A stretch of 64,000 bases of DNA from Thermoanaerobaculia bacterium (GCA_035498835.1 DATJZU010000026.1:922-64921); one strand, 5' to 3'. Positions 49,142-61,045 are shown, counted from the first letter of the stretch. The notes: generated by a model from the letters alone, not told the origin. A program made the numbers and translations.

Positions 49142-52009
49142 CTAGAAAGCGACCCGAGCCTGGAACTGGAACGCCCGCACGGGCTCGACGTTGTTGATGC
49201 CACCGAGTGCCGCGCCGAAGCTCGGCAGCGGAGTCCCGTCGGTCGCGTTCCCGTACACGCCGTTGCGCCCGACGATGTTCGCGTGGTTGGTCAGATTGAA
49301 TCCCTCCGCCCGCAGCGACAGCGTGAAGCCGCCGGAGAAGAGGATGTCCTTCTGGAGGAAGAGCGCGAGATCGAACGTGTCGGTGCCGCGCTGCGAGTTG
49401 CGGCCGAGAATCACGCCGTCCACGACCGGACGGTCGGTGTTGGCGCCGTCACCGTTGTTGTCCACGCCGGTCGTCGGATTGTAAGGACGCGGCGTCGCGT
49501 ACTGGATGACGCCGCCGCCGAGGAGATTCCAGGGCAGCGTCCACCAGCCGCTCGCCACCACGCGATGGCGCTGGTCGAGGAGGCTGTCCCCCCATTCGGC
49601 CGCGAGCAGGTTCGCGTCGTTTGGGTCGCCGCCCGGCGCGTCCGGCTCGACGTCGTTGCGCGTGTGAGACCACGTGTACGAGAGGAGCATGCCGCCCTTC
49701 GTCTCGAAGTTCTTCCGCAGGTTAAGCTGCAGCCCGTCGTAGTTGGCGTGGCCGGCGCTGATCGTCACGAGGATCCGGCGGTAGCCGTTCGGGACGGGAG
49801 TGATCGGCCGCGTGGCGTCGGCCGCCGCGCCGGACCGCGTCTGTCCCGCGGCCGTCCGGTCGAAGAAGTCCGGCGAGTTCTCGTCGAGATTGCGCGGGAT
49901 CCGCGTCGTCCGAGCCAGCAGCCCATCCACGGACAGGAAGAGCTGCGGCGCGACCTCCCGCTCGATTCCGAGCGACGCCTGCTGCGTGCGCGGATTGACG
50001 AGCGCGTCCGGATAGTCCTTCAACTGCGAAACGTCGAAGAACTGGTCGTAGTAGGCGGCCTCTCCCGGCCGGATCGTGATGTCGCGCGGCGGCAGCGTCG
50101 CCCCGGGCGGGAACTCCGGAAGCGGCGCGAGGTCGGTCGGAAACCCGAGCTGCCCGGGCGCCGCGCTGAAGGTGAAGATACCCGTCGGGCCACCGAGGGC
50201 CCAGGTCGCCGCGGTGTTGGTCTGGATCTGCGAGTAGTAGATGCCGTACGCGCCGCGAACCACCGTCTTCCCGCTCTTGTCCGCGTTCCACGCGAAGCCG
50301 AGACGCGGGCCGACCTGCTTGTGATCGTCGGTGAGCGACTGCCGGTCGTAGCGCACGCCCACGTTCAGCGCGAGATTCGGGAGCACGCGCCAGTCGTCCT
50401 GAAGGAAGACCGACCAGATCGTGTCGCGCACGTTGTAGTAGACCTGCCCGAACCCCTGGGTGAACCGCGTCGCGTCGTCGATCGTGAGGTCCTCGTTCGG
50501 CACCGACGGCGAGATGCCGGGCTTGAACGTGAACTGCCCGAGGACGAACGGAGAGCCGAACTCCGTGCCGTTGCCGCCCGAGTTCGAGTAGATCAGGTCG
50601 CCGCCGAACCGGAAATAGTGCGCGCCGGACGCCCAGGAAACCGTGTCCGCCGCGTAGTACTGGTGGTTGAAGAGCGTCGCCGAGCGCGACTCACCCGACG
50701 TTCCCACGCCCGGCCGCACGTACTGGGTCGAGGGCGTGACCGGTATGAACTGCGTGATCGGCGAGCCCACCTCGATGCCCGCGCGGAGCTCGTTGAAGAG
50801 GTCCGGCGAGAAGATCGCATTGTCGGAGACCTGGCCGGTGTACACGCGCCGCTCGAACGTGCGCGCCGTGGACGGCAGGTTCAGGCCGCCGACCGCGTCC
50901 GCGGGGTTGGAGTCGGTGAACTGGTCCATGTTGCCGCGGATCATGAGGTGATTGGCGTCGGTGAGCTGCGCGTCCAGGCGCGCGATCGCGAGGCCCTGCT
51001 TGAACTCGCCCTCGTAGACGCCGGGAGCCTGGGGTGAAGTGATCTCGGACCCGCGGTTCTGGTCGTTGTACTCGCCGCCGAGAAGGAAGTAGACCTTGTC
51101 CTTCACGAGCGGGCCGCCGATGACGCCGCTGCCCTGCCAGAGCTCGTCCGCGACGTCGAACCCCGTGACGGGCGCGTTCGGCTGAAGGCCGCCCGGCCGG
51201 TAGATGCCCAGGATGTCGCCGTGCAGGTCGTTGGTGCCCTGCTTGGTGACGAGATTGATCGCCGCGCCGGTCGTCCGGCCGTACTCGGCCGAGCCGTTGG
51301 CGGTGATGACCGTGAAGTCCTGGATCGCGGCGAGCGGGATGTTCGTCAGGATCGTCTGCCGCCCCCAGGCGTCGTCGCCCGTGCCGCCGTCGATCGCGTA
51401 CGTCGTCTGGCGGCGCCCGCCGCCGTCCACGACGAAGAGGGTGTTGTTCAGGAACATGTCGCCCGTCCCGCGCGCCGACCGCACCGCCGAATCGAGCAGC
51501 GGAAGACTCGTCAGCTTGCGGCCGAGGATCGGCGTCTCCTGGATCTTCTCGGGCGAGAACCGGTTGCCGAGTTGCGCCGAGTCGGAGCGCACGCCTTCGG
51601 TCGTCCCGTAAACGGTGACCTCGCTCCGCACGCCGGCCGGGTGGAGGACCGCCTCGACGGTCGCGGTCTCGCCCGCCCGCAGCGCGAACGTCCGGGTGTC
51701 GGGCGCGAAGCCGTCCTTCGAGATCTCGAGGCGATAAGAGCCCGTCAGCGGAAGGCCGGCGAGCGCGTAGTAGCCCGCGGCGTCGGTCAATGCCTTGTAG
51801 TCGATGCCGGTCGAAGCGTTCGAGGCCGCGACGAGCGCGCCGGAGAGCGGACGGCCCGTCTCGTCCAGCACGCGGCCGCGGATGGATCCGGTTCCGGGAG
51901 TCTGCGCGAAAGCGCTGGACGGCCCGAGCCCGGCCAGGATGACGAGGGCAACAAGCGGCGCGCGCAGCAGCCGCTCGGAGAACCGACGGAGTTTGGCAGG
52001 CAAAAGCAC
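49142..52009 (-). CDS. Oar-type TonB-dependent receptor with carboxypeptidase-regulatory-like domain
   Basis: Signal peptide, GSIRGRVLD..G, EVTV, NGSAEYGRTTG..INLVTK.GTN, LNVGVRYD, FNLTNHAN, terminal RVAF; start at GTG after AAGGAG. Confidence 0.9.
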   Translation of the reverse strand: MLLPAKLRRFSERLLRAPLVALVILAGLGPSSAFAQTPGTGSIRGRVLDETGRPLSGALVAASNASTGIDYKALTDAAGYYALAGLPLTGSYRLEISKDGFAPDTRTFALRAGETATVEAVLHPAGVRSEVTVYGTTEGVRSDSAQLGNRFSPEKIQETPILGRKLTSLPLLDSAVRSARGTGDMFLNNTLFVVDGGGRRQTTYAIDGGTGDDAWGRQTILTNIPLAAIQDFTVITANGSAEYGRTTGAAINLVTKQGTNDLHGDILGIYRPGGLQPNAPVTGFDVADELWQGSGVIGGPLVKDKVYFLLGGEYNDQNRGSEITSPQAPGVYEGEFKQGLAIARLDAQLTDANHLMIRGNMDQFTDSNPADAVGGLNLPSTARTFERRVYTGQVSDNAIFSPDLFNELRAGIEVGSPITQFIPVTPSTQYVRPGVGTSGESRSATLFNHQYYAADTVSWASGAHYFRFGGDLIYSNSGGNGTEFGSPFVLGQFTFKPGISPSVPNEDLTIDDATRFTQGFGQVYYNVRDTIWSVFLQDDWRVLPNLALNVGVRYDRQSLTDDHKQVGPRLGFAWNADKSGKTVVRGAYGIYYSQIQTNTAATWALGGPTGIFTFSAAPGQLGFPTDLAPLPEFPPGATLPPRDITIRPGEAAYYDQFFDVSQLKDYPDALVNPRTQQASLGIEREVAPQLFLSVDGLLARTTRIPRNLDENSPDFFDRTAAGQTRSGAAADATRPITPVPNGYRRILVTISAGHANYDGLQLNLRKNFETKGGMLLSYTWSHTRNDVEPDAPGGDPNDANLLAAEWGDSLLDQRHRVVASGWWTLPWNLLGGGVIQYATPRPYNPTTGVDNNGDGANTDRPVVDGVILGRNSQRGTDTFDLALFLQKDILFSGGFTLSLRAEGFNLTNHANIVGRNGVYGNATDGTPLPSFGAALGGINNVEPVRAFQFQARVAF

Positions 52010-52073
52010 GATTTCACGCTCCTTCGATGAAAGCGGATTCCGCCGACGGGAACGACGCGAAGGCGGCGTGAGA

Positions 52074-52706
52074 TCAGAGGCGCCGGGGAGGATCGAGCGG
52101 AGGAACCCCGAGGCGCTCGGACGCCGCGGGCGCGGCGGCCGGCGGAAAAGATTCAAGGGTGCGACCCGCCGTCGGCGGATCGGCCGCGATCTCTCGCGGA
52201 GGCAGCGCGCCGGAGGCGTCGGCATCCAAGTGCGCCATCCAGGCCGCGCCGACGCGGCGATCGGAGAGCGGCACCGGACCTTCCCATCCGTCGGGCAGCG
52301 GCGCCCAGGTTTCTTCGTCTTCTTCCGACGCGTCGCCGGCGCCTTCGTCTCCGCTGGCGGCGATCGTGAACGCCGCGCTCCGGCCCGCGAGGATCTCGCC
52401 GCGCTGGTCGCCGACCCGGAGCGCGAGCACCGCCTCGGCGGACGCCAAGTTCGGAACGACCCACCGGTAGTCGCGCGCGGAGGGATCGAGGCGCCGCGTC
52501 ACGAGGCGGAAGTGCCGGCCGCCGTCGAGCGAGAGGAGGAGCTCCTGCTCCTCGACGTCCGCGGGAACGTCGCTCCAGCGCACGCGCACCGCGTCGCCGG
52601 CCAAGACGCGCTGGCCCGCCGCGGGCTCGAGGATGAGCGGACGGTCCTCGGCGCGCATCGCCGCGGCGGCGCAGGAGAGGAGCGCAAGAACGAGCCCGGC
52701 CCGCAT
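52074..52706 (-). CDS. Secreted protein with Ig-like domain and acidic/Pro-rich tail
   Basis: Signal peptide; P..G.......V.VRW...LSLDGG....YRWVVP pattern; TATCAT box upstream. Confidence 0.55.
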   Translation of the reverse strand: MRAGLVLALLSCAAAAMRAEDRPLILEPAAGQRVLAGDAVRVRWSDVPADVEEQELLLSLDGGRHFRLVTRRLDPSARDYRWVVPNLASAEAVLALRVGDQRGEILAGRSAAFTIAASGDEGAGDASEEDEETWAPLPDGWEGPVPLSDRRVGAAWMAHLDADASGALPPREIAADPPTAGRTLESFPPAAAPAASERLGVPPLDPPRRL

Positions 52707-52818
52707 GGTTGTCGCGGCATGATAACGGCTCGCCGCGCCGACGGGAATCGTCGTGTCGGCGGCTCGCACTCGTCAGGATCGGAGACGAGATCGGCGGCCC
52801 TGAGGAGTCACGGCCCGC

Positions 52819-55340
<2,522 letters not shown>

Positions 55341-55415
55341 CTCGGGTATCGGTCTCCGACCGCTCGCATTCCGCCGGAGGCGCGCGCGGAAATGGGGGTC
55401 ATGCGGCCACGACGA

Positions 55416-55428
55416 ATCGTAACACGAT
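55416..55428. promoter_or_regulatory. Candidate MarR operator 1
   Basis: ATCGT-AAC-ACGAT between the divergent clc and marR genes. Confidence 0.55.
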
Positions 55429-55474
55429 ATGTGAAGATACCTCGACCGACGGCCGGATCGCGCGGGGAGGGCGG

Positions 55475-55885
55475 GTGGTGAAGAGACTCGGAGACGCGGA
55501 CTACAAGGCCCTCGCGGAATGGCGCCAGGCCCTGCGCCGATTCCTCCACGCGTCCGAACACTTCACGAGAAAGGCGGGCGTCTCCCCGACCCAATATCAG
55601 CTGCTTCTCTTCGTCCGCGGGTCTCCCGACGGCGCGCCGGGCATTTCCGAGCTCGCCGAGAAGCTCCAGATCAAGCACCAGAGCGCCGTGGGCCTCGTGG
55701 ACCGGTGCGAGAGGGCCGGGCTCGTCCGGCGCCGCCGCGACCCCGGAAACCGGCGGCGCGTGCTCGTCGAGACGACGCGGCGCGGCGCCCGCTTGCTCTC
55801 CCGGCTGGCCGCCGAGCACTTCGGCACGATCGAGCAGCTCGGGCAGGCGTTTCTTCCGCCCCTTCCAAGCGGCCGGAAGGGCTAG
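55475..55885 (+). CDS. MarR-family transcriptional regulator
   Basis: ALAEWRQALRRFL, PTQYQLLL, ISELAEKLQIKHQSAVGLVDRC, RRRDPGNRRRV. Confidence 0.9.
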   Translation: MVKRLGDADYKALAEWRQALRRFLHASEHFTRKAGVSPTQYQLLLFVRGSPDGAPGISELAEKLQIKHQSAVGLVDRCERAGLVRRRRDPGNRRRVLVETTRRGARLLSRLAAEHFGTIEQLGQAFLPPLPSGRKG

Positions 55886-55915
55886 CGGCCCGGAAGCCCG
55901 CTCCGCCGTCCCGGT

Positions 55916-56215
55916 TCAGTGCGCGGGCTGCTCGGTCTGCTTCAGGATCGACACGGGCTCCGAACGCGGCCCGGCGAAAGCATTGTAGAAAAAGGCCGGA
56001 ACGAGCCCGGCCACGAACCCGTCCACGAAGGCCCAGGCTCCGCCGATGAGACCGCCCAGGAACGTCGGAGCGTAGCCGACGTACACGCTGGACAGCACAT
56101 CGACGAGGCGCCCTCCCCAGCCCCCGCCGGACACCCAGCCGAGAAGCAAGACCCCGAATCCCCAGGTCAGGCCCGCGGCCAGCGCCACGGAGACGACCCG
56201 CAACCGCGTCGTCAT
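55916..56215 (-). CDS. Small Gly-rich membrane protein (holin-like family)
   Basis: Two to three TM segments with VYVGY...GG.IG..WAFVDG...FYN pattern; GGAGG RBS. Confidence 0.65.
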   Translation of the reverse strand: MTTRLRVVSVALAAGLTWGFGVLLLGWVSGGGWGGRLVDVLSSVYVGYAPTFLGGLIGGAWAFVDGFVAGLVPAFFYNAFAGPRSEPVSILKQTEQPAH

Positions 56216-56242
56216 CTACGCCTCCTTTGCCATTCCGATAAC

Positions 56243-56259
56243 ATATCGTATTACGATAT
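56243..56259. promoter_or_regulatory. Candidate MarR operator 2
   Basis: ATATCGTA-T-TACGATAT, perfect 8-1-8 palindrome with the same ATCGT-N3-ACGAT core. Confidence 0.65.
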
Positions 56260-56327
56260 ATATTTCGAGCGCGCCCTCTCCTCGAAATCCGGCGGCCCGA
56301 AAACGTGTTGGAACTCGCGAGGGGATC

Positions 56328-56918
56328 GTGAGCGCCATCCCGAAAGAAGAGATCGTGCGGCAAGCCGCCGTGGCGGACGAACCGGCCAATCGCGACGCGA
56401 CGGCCGCGGCCGATGTCGTGCGGACCGAAGCGATGGACCGCCGGTCCGCGCTCAAGTGGATGGCCCTGGCATGGATCGGCTTCACCGCAGCGATGGCTGT
56501 TGGCCTGACCGCGACGGTCCGTTTCCTCTTTCCGAACGTCCTCTTCGAGCCCCCGACGCGATTCAAAGCCGGCGATCCGTCGAGCTACGGCATCGGCGTC
56601 GACGAACGCTGGAAGGAGAAGTTCGGCGTGTGGATCGTGCGAAACACCGACAGGATCTACGCGCTCGTCGCCGTCTGCACGCACCTGGGGTGCACCCCAA
56701 ACTGGCTCCCGGCGCAGAACAAGTTCAAGTGCCCCTGCCACGGATCCGGCTACTACGTCTCGGGAATCAACTTCGAGGGCCCGACGCCTCGCCCGCTCGA
56801 GCGCGCGGAGATCACGCTCTCCCCCGACGACGGACAGATCGTGGTCGACAAGGCGGTCCGATTCCTCTACGAGCGCGGCCAATGGAGCGACCCGAAGGCA
56901 TTCATCGCGCTGACCTGA
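56328..56918 (+). CDS. Rieske [2Fe-2S] subunit of a cytochrome bc-type complex
   Basis: Tat-like DRRSALK plus TM anchor; CTHLGC and CPCHGS; GPTPRPL. Confidence 0.92.
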   Translation: MSAIPKEEIVRQAAVADEPANRDATAAADVVRTEAMDRRSALKWMALAWIGFTAAMAVGLTATVRFLFPNVLFEPPTRFKAGDPSSYGIGVDERWKEKFGVWIVRNTDRIYALVAVCTHLGCTPNWLPAQNKFKCPCHGSGYYVSGINFEGPTPRPLERAEITLSPDDGQIVVDKAVRFLYERGQWSDPKAFIALT

Positions 56919-56992
56919 CCGCGTGATCCGATTGGCCGCGCCTCGCTTTCCCTTCGTCCGGCGGCCGTGCTATTCTTCGCGCCCTCTCGCGT

Positions 56993-57069
56993 GGGGCTGT
57001 AGCTCAGTTTGGGAGAGCGCCTGAATGGCATTCAGGAGGTCGACGGTTCGATCCCGTTCAGCTCCACCA
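56993..57069 (+). tRNA. tRNA-Ala (anticodon GGC)
   Basis: GGGGCTGTAGCTCAG...CCTGA-ATGGCAT-TCAGG...GGTTCGATCCC...CAGCTCCACCA; G3.U70 pair. Confidence 0.97.
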
Positions 57070-57356
57070 AACCGTCGCCTTCGCTTCGCTCGCGATCTGC
57101 GCCTCTGGCGCACCGGCGCTTGGCTCGCTCAAAGGAGCTCGACCAAGCGCCTGATCGCTCCCTACGCTCCGGCTCCCGCGGCGCAAGGCTCCTCCGCTCG
57201 GTTACTTCGCGGAGACTCGTCGCGCCGCGAACGATACAAAATGCCCTGAGGCTCCCTTCGATCCAAAACTCTCGGCTGCCGGTCGTTTCGCGCCTCTTCG
57301 CGCGGCGGAATCGATCGACGCGGCGTGGCGCCAAGCGACCGCCGCAGCCGAAAGCC

Positions 57357-57409
57357 TCGATCCCGTTCGGCTCCACCAAACCGTCGCCTTCGATTCGCTC
57401 GCGATCTGC
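57357..57409 (+). repeat. Direct repeat of the tRNA-Ala 3' end plus trailer (copy of 57048-57100)
   Basis: 53 bp with 2 mismatches, 309 bp downstream of the first copy. Confidence 0.9.
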
Positions 57410-57741
57410 CCTGCGGGCAGCGAGCCGCGGCTCGGCGAACCGTCCTCGACCGCGGCCCTGGTCCTCTCGTCGCTACGCTCCGGCGAGCTCGAGTGACGCG
57501 GCCGCTCGACGAGATACCGAACGCCGATCGCGTCGCGGCTCCTGATGATGAGACAGCTGGCCGACGCGAATCTTGAATCGCGCGCCGCGCGCACACGAAC
57601 ACCACCCACGAGATTCGAACCTCGCTCCCGACACAGGAATTCCTCGTCGACGGAGCGCGCGCGGCCGATTCACCGTCCGTTCATCGACTCCCTGTAACCG
57701 AGGGAACAATGCCTCCGTCTCCCTCGATGGAGGCAATGATC

Positions 57742-58176
57742 ATGAGGTTCCTCGGAAAGATCACTCTCGTTCCCCTGGTGATGGCGTTCGGACTCGCGGC
57801 GATGGCTGCGACCGCGCGCGCTCAAGAGCTCGTCAAAGCGGACGTGCCGTTCGACTTCACCGCCGGCGCGGCCGAACTTCCGGCCGGCGAGTACACGATG
57901 GCCGTCGACTGGAACGATCACACGTTGACGATTCGCGATGATGACTCCGGCGACGGCTGCTTCGTTCAGATCCTGACGCCTCTCGAAAAGGACCCGCGAA
58001 CGGTGGCGCCCGCGTCCGCCTATCTCCTCTTCGACGAGCGCGGCGGCGGCCACGTCCTCTCGCAAGTGTGGTACGAGCACTCCGAGGGCGCTCTCGTGGG
58101 AGAGATGAAGCGAGAACAAGAGCGGCCGAGCCCGCTCGCGGCGGGCCCGACGGTGGTGCCCGCCTCGGGTCAGTAG
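57742..58176 (+). CDS. Small secreted protein (acidobacterial type)
   Basis: GGAGG RBS, signal peptide, VKADVPFDFTAG...LPAGEY...LLFDE.G..HVLSQVW. Confidence 0.75.
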   Translation: MRFLGKITLVPLVMAFGLAAMAATARAQELVKADVPFDFTAGAAELPAGEYTMAVDWNDHTLTIRDDDSGDGCFVQILTPLEKDPRTVAPASAYLLFDERGGGHVLSQVWYEHSEGALVGEMKREQERPSPLAAGPTVVPASGQ

Positions 58177-58358
58177 AAGTCGGAACAGGACATGTAGTAC
58201 CCGCAGGAGGGATCCGGGCAGAGAAGCTTGCACTTTCGCTCGAGGAGCGCCGCCCCGCAGGTCGGACACACCCGCTCGGGGCGGCGCTCGGCGGGCTTCT
58301 CGGCGTTTCGCCGCTCGGGCTCTTCTGAAGGACGCGGACGCGGGGACGCCTCGATCAC
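58170..58358 (-). CDS. Small Zn-ribbon protein (62 aa)
   Basis: CPTCG.....KCKLLCPDPSCGYYMSCSDFY; GTGA coupling to the upstream lipoprotein. Confidence 0.7.
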   Translation of the reverse strand: MIEASPRPRPSEEPERRNAEKPAERRPERVCPTCGAALLERKCKLLCPDPSCGYYMSCSDFY

Positions 58359-58603
58359 GACTTGGAATTCCCCGCGGGCGCGGCGGCGGGCGTCGGGGTC
58401 GCGGCAGAATGCTCCGGCTTCAGCAGCAGCCACCCGGCGGGCGTCCGCAGTCTGGCGATCGGCGTCGTGTCGGGAGTCGGAGGAGCGGGAGCGGGAGTCG
58501 CGGCCGTCCCGTGCGCCGCGTGGCTCTTCTTCTTTCCGCACGCGACCCCCGAGAGCGCGAAGACTGCCGCCAGGATCGCCGCCGCCAACCGAACCGATCG
58601 CAT
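58355..58603 (-). CDS. Small Pro/Ala-rich lipoprotein
   Basis: GGAGG RBS; LSGVAC lipobox followed by GKKK. Confidence 0.65.
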   Translation of the reverse strand: MRSVRLAAAILAAVFALSGVACGKKKSHAAHGTAATPAPAPPTPDTTPIARLRTPAGWLLLKPEHSAATPTPAAAPAGNSKS

Positions 58604-58649
58604 TCCGCCTCCCATCGCACACCGAATCGGACAAAATTTGTCGGAAACG

Positions 58650-58838
58650 CACGTTGGAAGCTGCCTCGGATTGCCGCTCGGCTGCGGCGACTCCGACGCA
58701 AGCTCTTGAGCCGTATAGATCGAGTCTTCGTGAGCTCCCTGGTACGCGTCTTGATATTACCTTACGGCAATTGAGAGTGCCGGCATGGGAGTTCCGGCAA
58801 CGGGGGAAGTCGAAAGGCTTCCCCCGTTGTCTTTCTGG
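58650..58838 (+). ncRNA. Candidate structured ncRNA, 6S-RNA-like (strand uncertain)
   Basis: Nested pairings CGTTG/CAACG, GGAA/TTCC, ATTGCCG/CGGCAAT, central bubble, GACGC/GCGTC, AGCTC/GAGCT; followed by a terminator hairpin. Confidence 0.35.
58799..58838 (+). terminator. Intrinsic terminator-like hairpin
   Basis: CAACGGGGGAAG-TCGAAAGG-CTTCCCCCGTTG followed by TCTTTCT. Confidence 0.6.
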
Positions 58839-58856
58839 CGCATCCCGGGCGGCGTC

Positions 58857-60122
58857 TCAGACCCCTGCCGCCGCGGCGTCTCTGGCCTCTCCGACGAGAT
58901 AACGCGACAGCGCTCCGAGGCGCGCCCGCTCTCCCGCAACGGTGAGGACGAGCGCGTCGCCGCGGTCCTCCTCGGCGATCACGCGGCACCGCGCGCGCAC
59001 CGCCGAGATGGCACGGCCGTCCGCGTAGGGAATCGCGAGGCGCATGCGCGCCGTCTCCGGCCGCGCGCGCAACGCGATCGCGCGTTCGAGATCGCCGATG
59101 CCCGCTCCCGTCGCGGCCGACACGCGCACGGCGCCGGCCGGCCCGAGCGCGCCGGGTAGATCGCGCTTGTTCCAGACCGCCAGGATCTTCTCTTCGGGCA
59201 CGCCGAGCTCGGCCAGAACCTCCGAAGCCACGCGCCGCTCTTCGTCCACGCGCGGCGAGGACGCGTCGAGCACCTGCAGCACGAGATCGGCGTCGCGGAT
59301 CTCGGCGAGCGTCGAGCGAAACGACGCGACGAGCCCGGGCGGCAGCTTCCGAACGAATCCGACCGTGTCGAGGAACACGACGTCGCGCAGCGCCGGCGAG
59401 ACGCCGTGGGCGGCGCGCGAGTCGAGCGTCGCGAAGAGCCGATCCGCGGCGTACTCGCGCGCCTGCGTGAGCCGGTTGAAGAGCGTCGTCTTGCCGGCAT
59501 TCGTGTAACCGGCGATCGCCACGTGGTAGCGGTCCTTGCGTCCGCGCCGCCGGACCTCGCGTGCCGTTTCGATCTTCTCCAGGTCGCGCCGCAGCCGCGC
59601 GATCCGGTCGCGGATCCGCCGGCGGTCGAGCTCGAGCTTCTGCTCGCCGGCTCCCCCACGCGCCCCGATGCCGCCGCGCAGGCCGGACAGGCGCTCGTAG
59701 CGGCCCGCGAGCCGCGGCAGCAGGTACTGGAGCCGCGCGAGCTCGACCTGCGTTCGCGCCTCGCGCGTCCGAGCGTGCGAAGCGAAGACTTCGAGGATGA
59801 GGCCCGGGCGGTCGAGCACGCGCACGCCGTCCCATTGCCTCTCGAGGTTGCGCGTCTGCGCCGGCGTCAGCTCCTCATCGAAGACGACGAGCTTCGCGCG
59901 CTCGTCCGCCGCGGCGGCGCCGATCTCCTCGACGGCGCCCTTCCCCACGAAGGTCGCCGGATCGGGCGCCGAGCGCTCCTTCACGAACCGCGCCACCTCG
60001 ACGCCGCCCGCGGTGTCGAGCAGCCGCTCGAGCTCGTCGAGATGCTCCTCGGCCACGGCGCGCGGCACGCCGCGCGAGGCGATCCCGACGAGAACGGCCT
60101 TCTCGCGTGCCGGAGCCTTCAT
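58857..60122 (-). CDS. hflX: Ribosome-splitting GTPase HflX
   Basis: ELTPAQTRNLE, QVELARLQYLLPRL, AGYTNAGKTTLFNRLT, LFATLD, DTVGF, WNKRD. Confidence 0.95.
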   Translation of the reverse strand: MKAPAREKAVLVGIASRGVPRAVAEEHLDELERLLDTAGGVEVARFVKERSAPDPATFVGKGAVEEIGAAAADERAKLVVFDEELTPAQTRNLERQWDGVRVLDRPGLILEVFASHARTREARTQVELARLQYLLPRLAGRYERLSGLRGGIGARGGAGEQKLELDRRRIRDRIARLRRDLEKIETAREVRRRGRKDRYHVAIAGYTNAGKTTLFNRLTQAREYAADRLFATLDSRAAHGVSPALRDVVFLDTVGFVRKLPPGLVASFRSTLAEIRDADLVLQVLDASSPRVDEERRVASEVLAELGVPEEKILAVWNKRDLPGALGPAGAVRVSAATGAGIGDLERAIALRARPETARMRLAIPYADGRAISAVRARCRVIAEEDRGDALVLTVAGERARLGALSRYLVGEARDAAAAGV

Positions 60123-60148
60123 CGCGTCAATCATGGCAGAATCCGGAC

Positions 60149-61045
60149 GTGGACCTCTCGCCCCGCGAGCGCCTGCTCGGCGAACGCCTCGAAGGCCTCT
60201 ACCGGACCTATGGACCGGAGACGGCGTCGAGCGATCCGATCGGTCTCCTCGCGCCGTACCGCGAGCCCGAAGACCTCGAGGTGGCCGGCTGGATCGCGTC
60301 GGCGTTCGCGTACGGGCGGGTCGAGACGATCCGCGCCAACGTCTCGAAGCTCTTCGCGGCGCTCGGGCCGCGGCCGGCGCGGGCGCTCGGCGAGATCCAC
60401 GACTTCCGCGCCTTCGCGGGGGAGCGTCTGAGAGATTTCCGCCACCGCTTCCACGGCCCGTTGGACGCCGCGGCGCTCTTCCAGGCCATCGCGCGCGTCC
60501 GCGAGGAGGCGGGCTCCGTCCGCGCCTTCTTCGAGGCGCGCTTCCGCCCCGAGGACGCCGATGCCGGTGCGATGGTGTCGCGGGTGACGCAGGAGCTGGT
60601 CCGCCTCGACTACCGCCCGGCGCTCGGCCGCCGGGAGCTTCCCGAGGACTCCCCCGTCCGGTTCTTCTTCCCGGACCCGGCCTCCGGCTCCGCCTGCAAG
60701 CGCTGGAACCTGTACCTGCGCTGGATGGTGCGGCGCGACCGCCTCGACTTCGGCCTGTGGCCCGGCATCCCGGCGAGCCGCCTGATCGTCCCGACCGATA
60801 CGCACATCCACCTCGTCTCGCGGCGCCTGGGATTGACGCGGCGGAAGACCGCCGACTGGACCGCGGCGCGTCAGATCACGCGGCGGCTCGCCCGGTTCGA
60901 TCCGGCCGATCCGGTGCGCTTCGACTACGCGCTGTGCCGCGTCGGCATCTTCGGCATCTGCCGCAAGAGCCCGCGGCAGTCGCGCTGCGGCGAGTGCCTG
61001 GCGCGCGAGGCGTGCCCGGTCGGGCGGCGGAGGATCGCCGCGTGA
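60149..61045 (+). CDS. TIGR02757-family (HhH-GPD-like) protein with C-terminal Cys cluster
   Basis: SDPI, ASAFAYG, SACKRWNLYLRWMVR, DTHI, DPVRFDYALC, C-x8-C-x2-C-x5-C. Confidence 0.85.
   Translation: MDLSPRERLLGERLEGLYRTYGPETASSDPIGLLAPYREPEDLEVAGWIASAFAYGRVETIRANVSKLFAALGPRPARALGEIHDFRAFAGERLRDFRHRFHGPLDAAALFQAIARVREEAGSVRAFFEARFRPEDADAGAMVSRVTQELVRLDYRPALGRRELPEDSPVRFFFPDPASGSACKRWNLYLRWMVRRDRLDFGLWPGIPASRLIVPTDTHIHLVSRRLGLTRRKTADWTAARQITRRLARFDPADPVRFDYALCRVGIFGICRKSPRQSRCGECLAREACPVGRRRIAA

Noticed and set aside
55916-56215. Holin-like gene as evidence of a prophage
   Set aside because: No endolysin, structural, replication or integrase genes nearby.
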